Part shown: piece by piece, positions 36,666 through 45,898 of the stretch
How the letters are laid out: each line of letters opens with the position of its first letter
Numbering within the stretch: the first letter of the stretch is position 1
IMG/VR virus record: IMGVR_UViG_3300009826_000019
Location: 43,941 to 107,940 of that record
Source: a virus
Lineage: Duplodnaviria; Heunggongvirae; Uroviricota; Caudoviricetes
DNA: 64,000 nt
Reading direction: 5' to 3' (one strand)
Made by a program: the position numbers and the translations under genes
The notes under the pieces: generated by a model
What the model was told of the DNA's origin: nothing
The model's database searches: none
Seen by the model: the letters and a program-made list of their open reading frames with translations, nothing else

Positions 36666-37499
36666 TTACCTCCCCACTTGTGGTAAATTAATCAAAGGTA
36701 CACCGGAACCACCACTATACATAGGGAGTTTTCCATCCCACTTTTCGATAGCGTATTGTTGAACGAGTAACATATTAAGTGATGCTGCAACAACCCTGTT
36801 GTAGTATGCTTCGCCGTCACCCTTAATTTTCAAGGCTTCCGCTTCACCACGCGCTTTAGTTACTTCGATTTCCGCTTGTGCTCTTGCACGAGCGACCTCA
36901 TTTTCCGCCCTCATCGCTTCCTGTACCATTCGGTTTCTTGAATCAATCGCCTCTACCAAACTTGCCGGTGGTGCAATCGCAGCCGTAAATTCAACAACCT
37001 GAAAACCTTGACTACCTAACGATTGTTCGAGCATTTCTCGGACTTGTGCCTCAAACTCACCACGCTTCGCCATTAATTCATCGGATGTGAAGAGGTTCCC
37101 AACAGTTCGATAAGCGTCAAACACACAGGTTAGAATAAATCCTTGTTCGATTTCCTTTATGGGTCTACGATATGTTAAAAACACATCAATCGCCTTATCG
37201 GGATTCAAACGGTACGCCAAGTTTGGTGTGATACGGAAAATTGCCGCATCCTTCGCATTAACGGTGATTTCACCATACGAAACTCGTTGTACGTACACCG
37301 GATACTGATGTACACTCTGTGTAAAGGGGTTAAACCACACAAAACCACGTACAGTTCCCATTACACCACCTTGTTTCTCTTCCGAAACACTCCACTTGTG
37401 GAATTTAATACCAACCGAGGTCGAATCGACCGTGGTACAACTTTGGGCGAACATCATAATCGCCACTAAACTCAAAATCCAAAAACTTCCTTTCTTCAT
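36666..37499 (-). CDS. SPFH/band-7 (stomatin/prohibitin/HflC-like) lipoprotein
   Basis: Signal with lipobox MFAQSC; SPFH core plus coiled-coil EAMRAENEVARARAQAEIEVTKARGEAEA. Confidence 0.75.
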   Translation of the reverse strand: MKKGSFWILSLVAIMMFAQSCTTVDSTSVGIKFHKWSVSEEKQGGVMGTVRGFVWFNPFTQSVHQYPVYVQRVSYGEITVNAKDAAIFRITPNLAYRLNPDKAIDVFLTYRRPIKEIEQGFILTCVFDAYRTVGNLFTSDELMAKRGEFEAQVREMLEQSLGSQGFQVVEFTAAIAPPASLVEAIDSRNRMVQEAMRAENEVARARAQAEIEVTKARGEAEALKIKGDGEAYYNRVVAASLNMLLVQQYAIEKWDGKLPMYSGGSGVPLINLPQVGR

Positions 37500-37563
37500 C
37501 TGTTCTAAAAAAATTTAATGTTAAAAACTTATTTTACTTATCAAATATACATAATATATTTCA

Positions 37564-38562
37564 TTACTTAAAAACGTTACGATTTTCCCTAAAGAATTTC
37601 AATAACGTGGTTTCAGACCAACTAACCCTTTCGTCTGAACGAGAGGTTGGGGCAAACTTTTGTTCTATCGCGTCAATATACATTGTGTGAGAAAAATCAT
37701 CACCTTGATAATTTTCTTCCCAATATTTCGGCGGAATCTTGTTTTCCATATCCAACTGCTCAATAGAGAGGTTGTCGAAACTGATAACATTGGTGTAAGA
37801 TACAATTTTAATAATATTCCGATCCCATTCCACAATATTATTCTTAATATCCTCTGAATAAGATTTATAGTAATCTAATCCTCTACCAAACTCTTTATAA
37901 CCAAGCAATAGAAACTTTCGTAATCCGAAGCGGTCTCTTAACTGTGTTATAATTTCCGGTGTGTGTAGACCTATAATAAGGTGCGCAACTGTGTGTTCAT
38001 ACTTCAAAAAATACTCTTCGTCTGCTGAACACTTATCAATACCTTCTATTGGAATTGATACACCTAACCCATAAATCAATTTTTCTTCCATATAACGTTT
38101 CAATTCAACCGCATTACTTCCATGTAAGTGGTGAAAATTAACCGTCAAACTAGGGAATATCTTTTTTGTTTGACAGAATTGAAGAAGTAGTGGGAGGTCG
38201 GGATGTGATAATGGATTACCGCCGCCGACTGCCATTTCCTGTCCACCTGGTAACACATCCAAAACTTCTATCAACGCATTTATATCAGCGTGTTTTCCGT
38301 GAAAATGTGATTTTTCATGACAAAAAGCACAGGGTTTAAAATCACCCATACCATATTTAGATGGTATGCCCACACATTGGTTTGTGATTTTTATATCCAT
38401 ACTGTTCGGATAGTCAAACACAACAGGTTTGGTTTCGTCAAACTCCATTATTCGTGTACCATCTTCAAAAAGTTGGACTTTTACATTACCGTTTTGGTAG
38501 TTTATTATTTCTTTCATTGTGTTTTTTAAATTAACAATCATTTCCGAATTTTCCAAAAGCAA
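37564..38562 (-). CDS. radical SAM-like enzyme with non-canonical Cx14CxxC cluster motif
   Basis: NQC-VGIPSKYGMGDFKP-C-AF-C (C-x14-C-x2-C) followed by GGGNPLSHPDL, a GGEP-like SAM motif. Confidence 0.5.
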   Translation of the reverse strand: MLLENSEMIVNLKNTMKEIINYQNGNVKVQLFEDGTRIMEFDETKPVVFDYPNSMDIKITNQCVGIPSKYGMGDFKPCAFCHEKSHFHGKHADINALIEVLDVLPGGQEMAVGGGNPLSHPDLPLLLQFCQTKKIFPSLTVNFHHLHGSNAVELKRYMEEKLIYGLGVSIPIEGIDKCSADEEYFLKYEHTVAHLIIGLHTPEIITQLRDRFGLRKFLLLGYKEFGRGLDYYKSYSEDIKNNIVEWDRNIIKIVSYTNVISFDNLSIEQLDMENKIPPKYWEENYQGDDFSHTMYIDAIEQKFAPTSRSDERVSWSETTLLKFFRENRNVFK

Positions 38563-38869
38563 CTATTTTATCACCGCTCGGGGTGGTGTGATCCATTTCA
38601 AAACATTCTAAACACTCATCTTCCAACCACTCCTCATAGGTTTGAATGTTTTCATTTTGATATTCTTCAAAAGAATCATAATAAGTCCTTTCGTCATTAT
38701 CTTCAAACTCTTTCTGAAATTGTGTTAGTGTTCCCAACGTTTCTTCATCACGATTGAAAACTAACATACCGTCTTTCCACAAATCAAATTCTGATCTCGC
38801 CACTATCGTTAGTGTGTGGGTCGAAGAAGAATTGGTTTCAAAAACCCCTAATCTACATACCTGTTTCAT
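38531..38869 (-). CDS. GVFETNSSSxH-motif protein, paralogue 1
   Basis: N-terminus MKQVCRLGVFETNSSSTHT matches the N-terminus of 39251..39802. Confidence 0.5.
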   Translation of the reverse strand: MKQVCRLGVFETNSSSTHTLTIVARSEFDLWKDGMLVFNRDEETLGTLTQFQKEFEDNDERTYYDSFEEYQNENIQTYEEWLEDECLECFEMDHTTPSGDKIVAFGKFGNDC

Positions 38870-38890
38870 ATTATTTACATTTAATTTATA

Positions 38891-39250
38891 TTATTTTACT
38901 AATTTATCTACCATTTCAATCACATCCCCGTGTAACAACATTTCTGCTTCCGATATTTCCTTAACCACAACGGGTTTAGGTTTGGGTTTCTGAAACACAT
39001 CAAATAGTCTTTTTATCCATCCAACCCCACTATCAACGGGGGTTGATTCAATGTTCACTTCTTGTTCACGAATAAATATTCTGTGTCCTACCCGCGCTGC
39101 TTCTTCTTGTTGTCGTCTTTGCATTTCTTCAAGACGTTGTTGGAACTTCGACTTTCGTGGTGGTATATCTGTTACGATAAAACGACCATTACCTTCTTGT
39201 AAACGCGCTTGCATTTCTTCAAGGCGTTGTTGAAATTTTGACTTTCTCAT
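38891..39250 (-). CDS. coiled-coil protein with internal 30-aa duplication (RKSKFQQRLEEMQ x2)
   Basis: Direct repeat visible in the protein and in DNA 39120..39250. Confidence 0.5.
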   Translation of the reverse strand: MRKSKFQQRLEEMQARLQEGNGRFIVTDIPPRKSKFQQRLEEMQRRQQEEAARVGHRIFIREQEVNIESTPVDSGVGWIKRLFDVFQKPKPKPVVVKEISEAEMLLHGDVIEMVDKLVK

Positions 39251-39802
39251 TTAATTTCTCCCCTGTCTTACTAAAATATATTTAGTTTCATCTTTGATAA
39301 CTTCCAAGAATGGATCAATTATCTTTTCCATAATTTCGTCAAATGAAAAATTCATTGTGTTCGTAAACTCTTCAATAAAACTAAATGTTACTTCACCCCT
39401 ATCTTCGTAAATAGAAATAGAGGTATCTTCGAGTACAACGTCATTATATGGTAAGTTCATTTTAATATAATGTATTGCTTTATAAACAATATCTTTGTCA
39501 AGACACAAATATCTTTGAACTGTACCATCACAATCACGTTTCATTTCATTCATATACAACATTAATAATGCCGCCTTTTCGTCAAATGTGTAAGCCACCC
39601 ATTGTTTTCCATTATAAAGGTCCCCACCACATTGGGTTTCGGTTGGTTCAGTGTATGTGTGATAGAAAACACTTGGGTATAAAATGTTTTTCTCAACCAA
39701 ACCCATTTTCTTCAAAGGAATTTTGGATTTCAGTTGAACTACCATTGTGTGAACTGAACTAGAATTTGTTTCAAATACACCTCTTCTAATAACTTTCTTC
39801 AT
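39251..39802 (-). CDS. GVFETNSSSxH-motif protein, paralogue 2
   Basis: N-terminus MKKVIRRGVFETNSSSVHT. Confidence 0.5.
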   Translation of the reverse strand: MKKVIRRGVFETNSSSVHTMVVQLKSKIPLKKMGLVEKNILYPSVFYHTYTEPTETQCGGDLYNGKQWVAYTFDEKAALLMLYMNEMKRDCDGTVQRYLCLDKDIVYKAIHYIKMNLPYNDVVLEDTSISIYEDRGEVTFSFIEEFTNTMNFSFDEIMEKIIDPFLEVIKDETKYILVRQGRN

Positions 39803-39892
39803 TTCAATTATTTTTTACGTTAAAAACTAATTCAAAAATACAATTAGAAATCATAGAAAACAAATGTATATTTGGGGTAACAAAAATTTAAT

Positions 39893-40579
39893 ATGATGGT
39901 AAACATAAAAAAATTGTACAAGTATGGTTACTTGGAAATAGAAGGTGATAGTGAAAATATATGGTTCACATCGGACTTACACTTATATCACAAAAACATT
40001 ATCAAACTTTGTAATAGACCATTTGCTGACGTTGAGGAAATGTCAAATACATTGGTCGAAAATTGGAATAGTGTGGTTAAAGAAGATGATTTGGTATTCA
40101 ATCTTGGGGATTTCTGTTGGTCAGAATGTTCTATCGTTTGGTCAAAACTCATAGATAAACTTAATGGTCGTCAAATTTTGATAAAAGGAAACCACGATCA
40201 CCCCAAAACATTACAAAAATTATCCGATAAATATTCTCTTATTGAAGTTTGGAAACCAGGGTCTAATTTCCCAATTAAGAATTTGAATAAGTTATTTATG
40301 ATAAGAGAAAGTTTAGAGGTGCGCCACAACGGGGAACGCTTTCTACTTAATCATTACCCACAAGCACATTATGTTGGACAATATCATTCCGTTAGACAAA
40401 TATTTGGGCACACCCATGAAAAATCATGTGCATATTCACCCAATCATTACAACGTTTGTGTTGAGCGAAACCTGTATCGCCCTGTATCATTGGAAGAGGT
40501 GGGAATGTTGCTGACAATGCAGTGTCGGGATAACGAAACAAATTATTTTTTAGAAGACCTACTATATAAAGAAACATAA
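39893..40579 (+). CDS. calcineurin-like metallophosphoesterase
   Basis: TSDLHLYH ... LGDFCW ... KGNHDHP metallophosphatase motifs. Confidence 0.7.
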   Translation: MMVNIKKLYKYGYLEIEGDSENIWFTSDLHLYHKNIIKLCNRPFADVEEMSNTLVENWNSVVKEDDLVFNLGDFCWSECSIVWSKLIDKLNGRQILIKGNHDHPKTLQKLSDKYSLIEVWKPGSNFPIKNLNKLFMIRESLEVRHNGERFLLNHYPQAHYVGQYHSVRQIFGHTHEKSCAYSPNHYNVCVERNLYRPVSLEEVGMLLTMQCRDNETNYFLEDLLYKET

Positions 40580-40619
40580 AAACATTTATCTCCTATTTAT
40601 TTATAAAAAAGGAGATATA

Positions 40620-41108
40620 ATGGAAGCGTTAGATTTTAGATTGACCGATATATTTGCCATTTTATCATCATTGGTTGTGGTGGTAACGGCATTAGCAGCA
40701 CTGTTCAAAAAACTACGAACCAATCTTGTGACCAATATGGCTTCACTGATTGATGTGGATAGTTTGAATAGAAATTCTTCTTTGTATAAAACATTGGAGA
40801 TTAACAACCAAATATTGGATCAAGTGAACAATATTAATATGAAAAACATTGATGCGTTTGATAAAATAAACGACCAATTTTCCAATATTAATAAATCGCT
40901 GCTGCGGTTGGAAATTTTATCACTTATGGATCACAGGTCGAATGACATGGCAACTATCTATAAGATATATGAAGATTACAAAGAAAATGGTGGAAATTCA
41001 TATATAGATAAGTTGATAAAAGATTGGGAGAAGGGTAACTATCCTTCTGTTGATAAAATAGTCGAAAAAATACTCGAAGAAAAAGAGAGAGAAAAGAATA
41101 TTAAATAA
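40620..41108 (+). CDS. bitopic membrane protein (N-terminal TM + coiled-coil)
   Basis: Hydrophobic segment DIFAILSSLVVVVTALAALF. Confidence 0.5.
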   Translation: MEALDFRLTDIFAILSSLVVVVTALAALFKKLRTNLVTNMASLIDVDSLNRNSSLYKTLEINNQILDQVNNINMKNIDAFDKINDQFSNINKSLLRLEILSLMDHRSNDMATIYKIYEDYKENGGNSYIDKLIKDWEKGNYPSVDKIVEKILEEKEREKNIK

Positions 41109-41109
41109 T

Positions 41110-41490
41110 ATGGTACATACAATTATAATCGGTGTTTGGATGACATTGTTATTTATAACATTGTCTGTTGTTTTCGTATATATGTTTAAGAAACCAAAAC
41201 ATAATATAAACGAGGTTTTTGAACAAATATTTAAGAAACAAGTTGATTTGTTAAAAAAAATTGACGAAGAAAACACAATGCAAGTAGAGGTGTTTGATAA
41301 ACTTAACCATAATATTGTAGAGAATTATCGCATACTATTGCAAATACAAATAAAAGAATCTATTAAACACAACCCCTTTGAAACAGAACATATTCTAAAA
41401 TTATATAACGATTACATTGGTATTGCCAAATATCCGAACACAGTTTTAGATGATGCGGTTAATGAGTGGAGAAACCTATACGGTTATTAA
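41110..41490 (+). CDS. bitopic membrane protein
   Basis: Hydrophobic segment IIIGVWMTLLFITLSVVFVYMF. Confidence 0.5.
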   Translation: MVHTIIIGVWMTLLFITLSVVFVYMFKKPKHNINEVFEQIFKKQVDLLKKIDEENTMQVEVFDKLNHNIVENYRILLQIQIKESIKHNPFETEHILKLYNDYIGIAKYPNTVLDDAVNEWRNLYGY

Positions 41491-42086
41491 CAAATAAATT
41501 CCACCATACCACTATCCAAATAGAGATATGCGCCAACAATTTTTATATCACCATTTTTTTCCTTTTCACGTAAAAAACGATATTCCCGAATTGTATTTAC
41601 AGATTGTTGAACATTTGTTCGACACACCAAATCAAAGAAACCAGGATTAGACGATACGGTTTCACCACCATAAATAATATCCGCACTTGCTCGTACCGCC
41701 GGTAGTATTGGGCGAAGTTTTCCTAACAAACCCCAATCCTTTTCCTCTGTATCAATAACACGTTTGACAGCAGCACAATTATCATGTCCCAAAACCATTA
41801 CCAAATTCACGGAAGGAAAACTACAAGCAAATACCAAATCAAATAAAATTTCATTGGTAATAACATTCCCCGATGTGCGAATTGTAATAACATCACCCGC
41901 ACCCAATTTAAAAATATCTTCAACCACAATACGAGAATCTATACAAGTTACTATCACCGCTTTCGGTGTTTGTTCCTTAATACTATGGGGTTTGTCGTTA
42001 ACATATTCTTTGTTACGACATTTTAAAACTTCAAGTGTCGGGTGAGGCACTTCTTCTTTCTTTTTGAATTTAAAAAAATCTTCCAT
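41487..42086 (-). CDS. beta-class carbonic anhydrase
   Basis: CIDSR...GDVITIRTSGN...VLGHDNCAAV carries the Cys/His/Cys zinc-ligand pattern. Confidence 0.75.
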   Translation of the reverse strand: MEDFFKFKKKEEVPHPTLEVLKCRNKEYVNDKPHSIKEQTPKAVIVTCIDSRIVVEDIFKLGAGDVITIRTSGNVITNEILFDLVFACSFPSVNLVMVLGHDNCAAVKRVIDTEEKDWGLLGKLRPILPAVRASADIIYGGETVSSNPGFFDLVCRTNVQQSVNTIREYRFLREKEKNGDIKIVGAYLYLDSGMVEFIC

Positions 42087-42093
42087 TTTGATA

Positions 42094-42918
42094 TTATTTA
42101 AGGTTTTCAGTTTCGAGTTGTAATATTTCTTTCTCCAACGATGCTGTTATTTTCATAAGTGTTTTTAAATAAAACGTGTTTATAATCCACTTGTTTAAGT
42201 GTCGCCACCTGCGCTTATCCCAATCAGCCAATGGTGTATAAAACCCCAATAGTGTGGAACGATTATAAGCAGTAGGTGTATTAAGAAATGATTTACGAAA
42301 AGATAAAAAACTCCGCAATTCCCTAAACATAGCATGAAACACGGTGGCGCGACAAATTGTTCCACCACAATTTTTATCACGATACAATCCCTTGAATTTT
42401 ATCCAACGTTTTAAGACTTCACCCATATAATTTGCTTTGTATTTAAACTCTGCAACAATACCCCAATTGAAGAAAAACCATTTTGGTTCAATCCTAAACA
42501 AATGGTCTCTTACACCCATTTTGTATATTTCAACATTCGACTGACGGCGAATAGAATTAAACGGTGCCGGATTTTGACCAATAGCAAGATTACTCCAATC
42601 GCCAAAGAACATTTTGTTTTTACGCTCACCCCAATCACCCATAAAATAATAATCTCCGTAAGTGTCATATTGATAATCTGCTGAAGGACAATCTGTCATT
42701 GGACAACGATACATGTCTTCTATCGAACCATTCCCATTAGGATCAGTTACATGATCTAACGACGTTTCAACCCGTGCCTCACCAACATATTCAAGCCGCA
42801 CACGAGGTCCACAAAACGCACAACGAAAATCTTCTTTCTGACCATCTATTCTATTATCACATACCCCATAGGTTGGGGATTCATTCATACTTTCCATTTT
42901 CATATTTATTTTAAACAT
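42094..42918 (-). CDS. hypothetical protein (274 aa), co-transcribed with the carbonic anhydrase
   Basis: ORF track; minus-strand PeSL-like element upstream. Confidence 0.55.
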   Translation of the reverse strand: MFKINMKMESMNESPTYGVCDNRIDGQKEDFRCAFCGPRVRLEYVGEARVETSLDHVTDPNGNGSIEDMYRCPMTDCPSADYQYDTYGDYYFMGDWGERKNKMFFGDWSNLAIGQNPAPFNSIRRQSNVEIYKMGVRDHLFRIEPKWFFFNWGIVAEFKYKANYMGEVLKRWIKFKGLYRDKNCGGTICRATVFHAMFRELRSFLSFRKSFLNTPTAYNRSTLLGFYTPLADWDKRRWRHLNKWIINTFYLKTLMKITASLEKEILQLETENLK

Positions 42919-42954
42919 TTATATCAAATATAATATCACAAAATTATTCCGATC
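42915..42954 (-). promoter_or_regulatory. PeSL-like early promoter element (minus strand)
   Basis: Minus strand reads TAGGATCGGAATAATTTTGTGATATTATATTTGATATAAATG...ATG of 42918. Confidence 0.5.
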
Positions 42955-43062
42955 CTATAAAGATATTATTCTGAATGAAATGTTTGTGTAACTAAAAATA
43001 CACTATTTTCCACTGTTTCCCAATTTATTTTATTTTTCTATTTATAAAAAATACAAAAAACC

Positions 43063-43827
43063 ATGAGTATTCAAGAAGAAGAAATAAAGAAATTGAAGGA
43101 GGAAAATGAGTTGTTGAAAAAGCGTTTGGATAACGCAAACAAACTCAAATCAACCTTTCTTGCTAATATGAGCCACGAAATTAGAACACCGTTAAACGCT
43201 ATTGTGGGGTTTTCTAATTTTTTAACCGAATGTGAAGAATTAACCGAAAGTGAGCGCAACGAATTTATTAACATTATTCAACAAAATAATGATTACTTAT
43301 TGAAAATCATTGACGATATTTTAGAACTCTCTAAAATTGAAAGAGATCAAGTCTTTATTAATAATGTTAAACTGAAACTAAATCAGTTTTTAGGTGGATT
43401 GATTAATGAGAATAAGAAAAAAATTAACCCCAATAGGAAAGTCGAATTAATATTAGACGATGTGGATTTTATTGAAAATTGTCTTATTGAAGTTGATGCC
43501 ATAAAATTAGAGCAGATACTTAATAATCTTATTGATAATGCTATTAGATTCACATTGAGTGGATATGTGTTAGTTGGGTATAAACAAATACCGGGTTTCA
43601 TTGAATTTTATGTTGAAGATAGTGGAGTTGGAATACCCAAAGAAAAATTAGAACACGTTTTTAATAGTTTTTACCAAATCAATAGTGCTATATGTCCCGA
43701 TTCGGGAATGGGCGTTGGGTTATTTATTTCAAAAAACTATGTTAAAAGAATGGGTGGTGTTATGGGTGTAAGTTCAGTCGAAGGTGAAGGTAGTAGATTT
43801 CATTTTACCATACCATATCTTGTATAA
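43063..43827 (+). CDS. orphan cytoplasmic histidine kinase (HisKA + HATPase_c, no TM, no receiver)
   Basis: H-box MSHEIRTPLNAI; N/G boxes LNNLIDNAIRF, DSGVGIP, GMGVGL, GGVMGV. Confidence 0.8.
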   Translation: MSIQEEEIKKLKEENELLKKRLDNANKLKSTFLANMSHEIRTPLNAIVGFSNFLTECEELTESERNEFINIIQQNNDYLLKIIDDILELSKIERDQVFINNVKLKLNQFLGGLINENKKKINPNRKVELILDDVDFIENCLIEVDAIKLEQILNNLIDNAIRFTLSGYVLVGYKQIPGFIEFYVEDSGVGIPKEKLEHVFNSFYQINSAICPDSGMGVGLFISKNYVKRMGGVMGVSSVEGEGSRFHFTIPYLV

Positions 43828-43903
43828 TAATTAAAACACAGATAAAAAATAAATATTTAACTATTTATTCATAAAGAATAAAAATAAATTATGATATAAT
43901 GCT

Positions 43904-44395
43904 ATGAGCGATTTATTGATTAAAATGCCGTTGGTTTACGAACCATTAAGACAAAATAGGTTTCTGTTGAGGTTTCCTTCTGATCTTGGAATACAAGAAT
44001 GGTGGGTAAAAGACACTGTTAGACCAACTTTGGAACTACCGTCAAAAGAAATTGAATTTATGAATACCTCAACTTGGATTACAGGAAGATACAAGTGGAA
44101 GGCAATGACTGTTAAGTTAAGAGATACTATTGGTCCTTCTACAAGTCAAGCTGTGATGGAGTGGGTACGTTTACATGCGGAATCTGTGACCGGCCGTATG
44201 GGTTACGCCGCTGGTTACAAACGTAATTGTGAATTGGAAATGTTAGACCCAACCGGTGTTGTTGTTCAAAAATGGATATTGGTGAATTGTATGTTATCAG
44301 GTGATATTAATTTCGGAAGTTTAAGTTATACATCGGAAGAAATTGCTGAAATAGATTTTTCTATACAACCCGACTATTGTGTATTAGCATACTAA
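43904..44395 (+). CDS. tail tube protein, T4 gp19-like
   Basis: 163 aa; recalled T4 gp19 ends F.RPN.F and LALDYWE resemble YEPLRQNRFLLRF and SIQPDYCVLAY. Confidence 0.6.
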   Translation: MSDLLIKMPLVYEPLRQNRFLLRFPSDLGIQEWWVKDTVRPTLELPSKEIEFMNTSTWITGRYKWKAMTVKLRDTIGPSTSQAVMEWVRLHAESVTGRMGYAAGYKRNCELEMLDPTGVVVQKWILVNCMLSGDINFGSLSYTSEEIAEIDFSIQPDYCVLAY

Positions 44396-44422
44396 TACAA
44401 CACAATATTTACAGAATACAAG

Positions 44423-44458
44423 CGAATTATGATGGTATTACCATCATATATTCGTTTT
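44423..44458. terminator. bidirectional terminator hairpin
   Basis: Near-perfect inverted repeat CGAATTATGATGGTA / TACCATCATATATTCG followed by TTTTGT. Confidence 0.65.
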
Positions 44459-44459
44459 G

Positions 44460-44660
44460 TTATTTGTATATGTATTGAATGTTCAACTCTTTTTCTGAAC
44501 GCACGTGTTCTCTCCAATTATCAAGACACTCCGCGCTTAATTCTTGTTTATCTGACGTGAACAAGTAATTTACGCCACCGTCATCGTCTATGATTTCTAA
44601 AAATTGAACGCCGTAGTGCATAACGTCATTTACTTTATCGTAAGCCTGTACTGTTAACAT
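44460..44660 (-). CDS. hypothetical protein
   Basis: ORF track. Confidence 0.4.
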   Translation of the reverse strand: MLTVQAYDKVNDVMHYGVQFLEIIDDDGGVNYLFTSDKQELSAECLDNWREHVRSEKELNIQYIYK

Positions 44661-44953
44661 TGTTTTAATATGGTATTATTAAGTTTATTACCCATCCATT
44701 CACAAAGTCGGATTAGGTGTTCTATTGTTAAATCTGTATCGTCTGTGTATTCTTGTAATTCACATGGGTCATCACAATACTTACCGAGACAACCTATTAG
44801 TTGTTTTCTTGGATACAACTCTTCGTTATTTGTCCAACCCTTTTCAATAAGGTCGAGTTCGTGGGTACAACCACCACAAACTTCTTGACATGATTTACAG
44901 ACAAAGTGTCCTCTTAATTTCCATTCTATATTATTCATATTACAAATATACAA
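44654..44953 (-). CDS. Cys-rich protein
   Basis: CKSCQEVCGGC...C..C. Confidence 0.45.
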   Translation of the reverse strand: MYICNMNNIEWKLRGHFVCKSCQEVCGGCTHELDLIEKGWTNNEELYPRKQLIGCLGKYCDDPCELQEYTDDTDLTIEHLIRLCEWMGNKLNNTILKQC

Positions 44954-45131
44954 TAAATGCTATTTATATAAAATTAGAATACGATATGAGTGAAAAGGAT
45001 ATTGAGAAATGGTTTAAGAAACAACTTGAAAGTCGTGATTTTGAAAAGACGATAAAAAAAATAATCTCCAAGAGTTTTGAAGATTATTTAACTATGATGT
45101 ATCAGCAACGTCATTTTCTCAAAAACCAACT

Positions 45132-45821
45132 TTAAACACAACTTATAACACGTAAGGTGTGTGTTGAACTATTTAACAAAGTACCTTGTGCTGTGTTCAT
45201 TTCCGTAACGGTTATTCTAAACTGATAAATTTCGCCAACTTGTGCGGTTGCGGGAATAGTAACAGAAATAACACTATTATTATTACCATTCAGATTGTAA
45301 TACGGACCCGCACTTCCGGTTAACCCCCTATCCCAAATTGTTAATAGACTTGGATTATTATAGATTGTTCCACTCGGATAACTTTCTTGTGCAAATGTTG
45401 TAACATTTCCTGTTATATTTGTGTCTTTTATTCCAAAAGCAATTGTTACCACATGTCGTGTACCATTACTTCTTCCTCTCCAACTACCACCTAAATAAAC
45501 TGTGGTTTGTTGTCCAGCACAAACACCTGTGATTTGTGGTGGGTTGGGGTTGTTTGTTCTTGGTGCTGTCAAATGGTAATTTATATTAGTACCGTTACTT
45601 ATATCCGGCGTATCCGGTGGTTTTAAGGTAATGATATTAATATCTTTTATTGCTTCGCCGCAGCGATTAGAAAACTTTATTGTAACGGGAAATACAGCAT
45701 CTTGTTCGGGAGTGCAGGATATTTCCCCTGTTCGCTCATTTAATTGTGAACCTGGGGGTAACACACCTTCTGTGATTTCCCAAAATCCTGGTATCCCTTT
45801 ATGTAAAATTTGTCGTATCAC
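45132..45821 (-). CDS. Ig-like (He_PIG-type) domain structural protein
   Basis: GIPGFWEITEGVLPPGSQLNERTGEISCTP...FPVT; GTG start. Confidence 0.5.
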   Translation of the reverse strand: MIRQILHKGIPGFWEITEGVLPPGSQLNERTGEISCTPEQDAVFPVTIKFSNRCGEAIKDINIITLKPPDTPDISNGTNINYHLTAPRTNNPNPPQITGVCAGQQTTVYLGGSWRGRSNGTRHVVTIAFGIKDTNITGNVTTFAQESYPSGTIYNNPSLLTIWDRGLTGSAGPYYNLNGNNNSVISVTIPATAQVGEIYQFRITVTEMNTAQGTLLNSSTHTLRVISCV

Positions 45822-45898
45822 AATTCTTGGTTTTTCTTATATGGATAAATATACGAAATTTTGAAATAATTCTAAAATTAAGTAAAATAATATTCCCA

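Noticed and set aside
37564-38562. Calling the radical-SAM-like protein QueE and inferring a 7-deazaguanine DNA-modification pathway
   Set aside because: Only the Cys spacing matches; no QueC, QueD, FolE or DpdA is present in the window. It is left as a generic non-canonical radical-SAM candidate.
45801-45821. ATG start for 45132..45821
   Set aside because: The ORF begins with GTG and has no in-frame ATG nearby. It is kept with a GTG start at reduced confidence.
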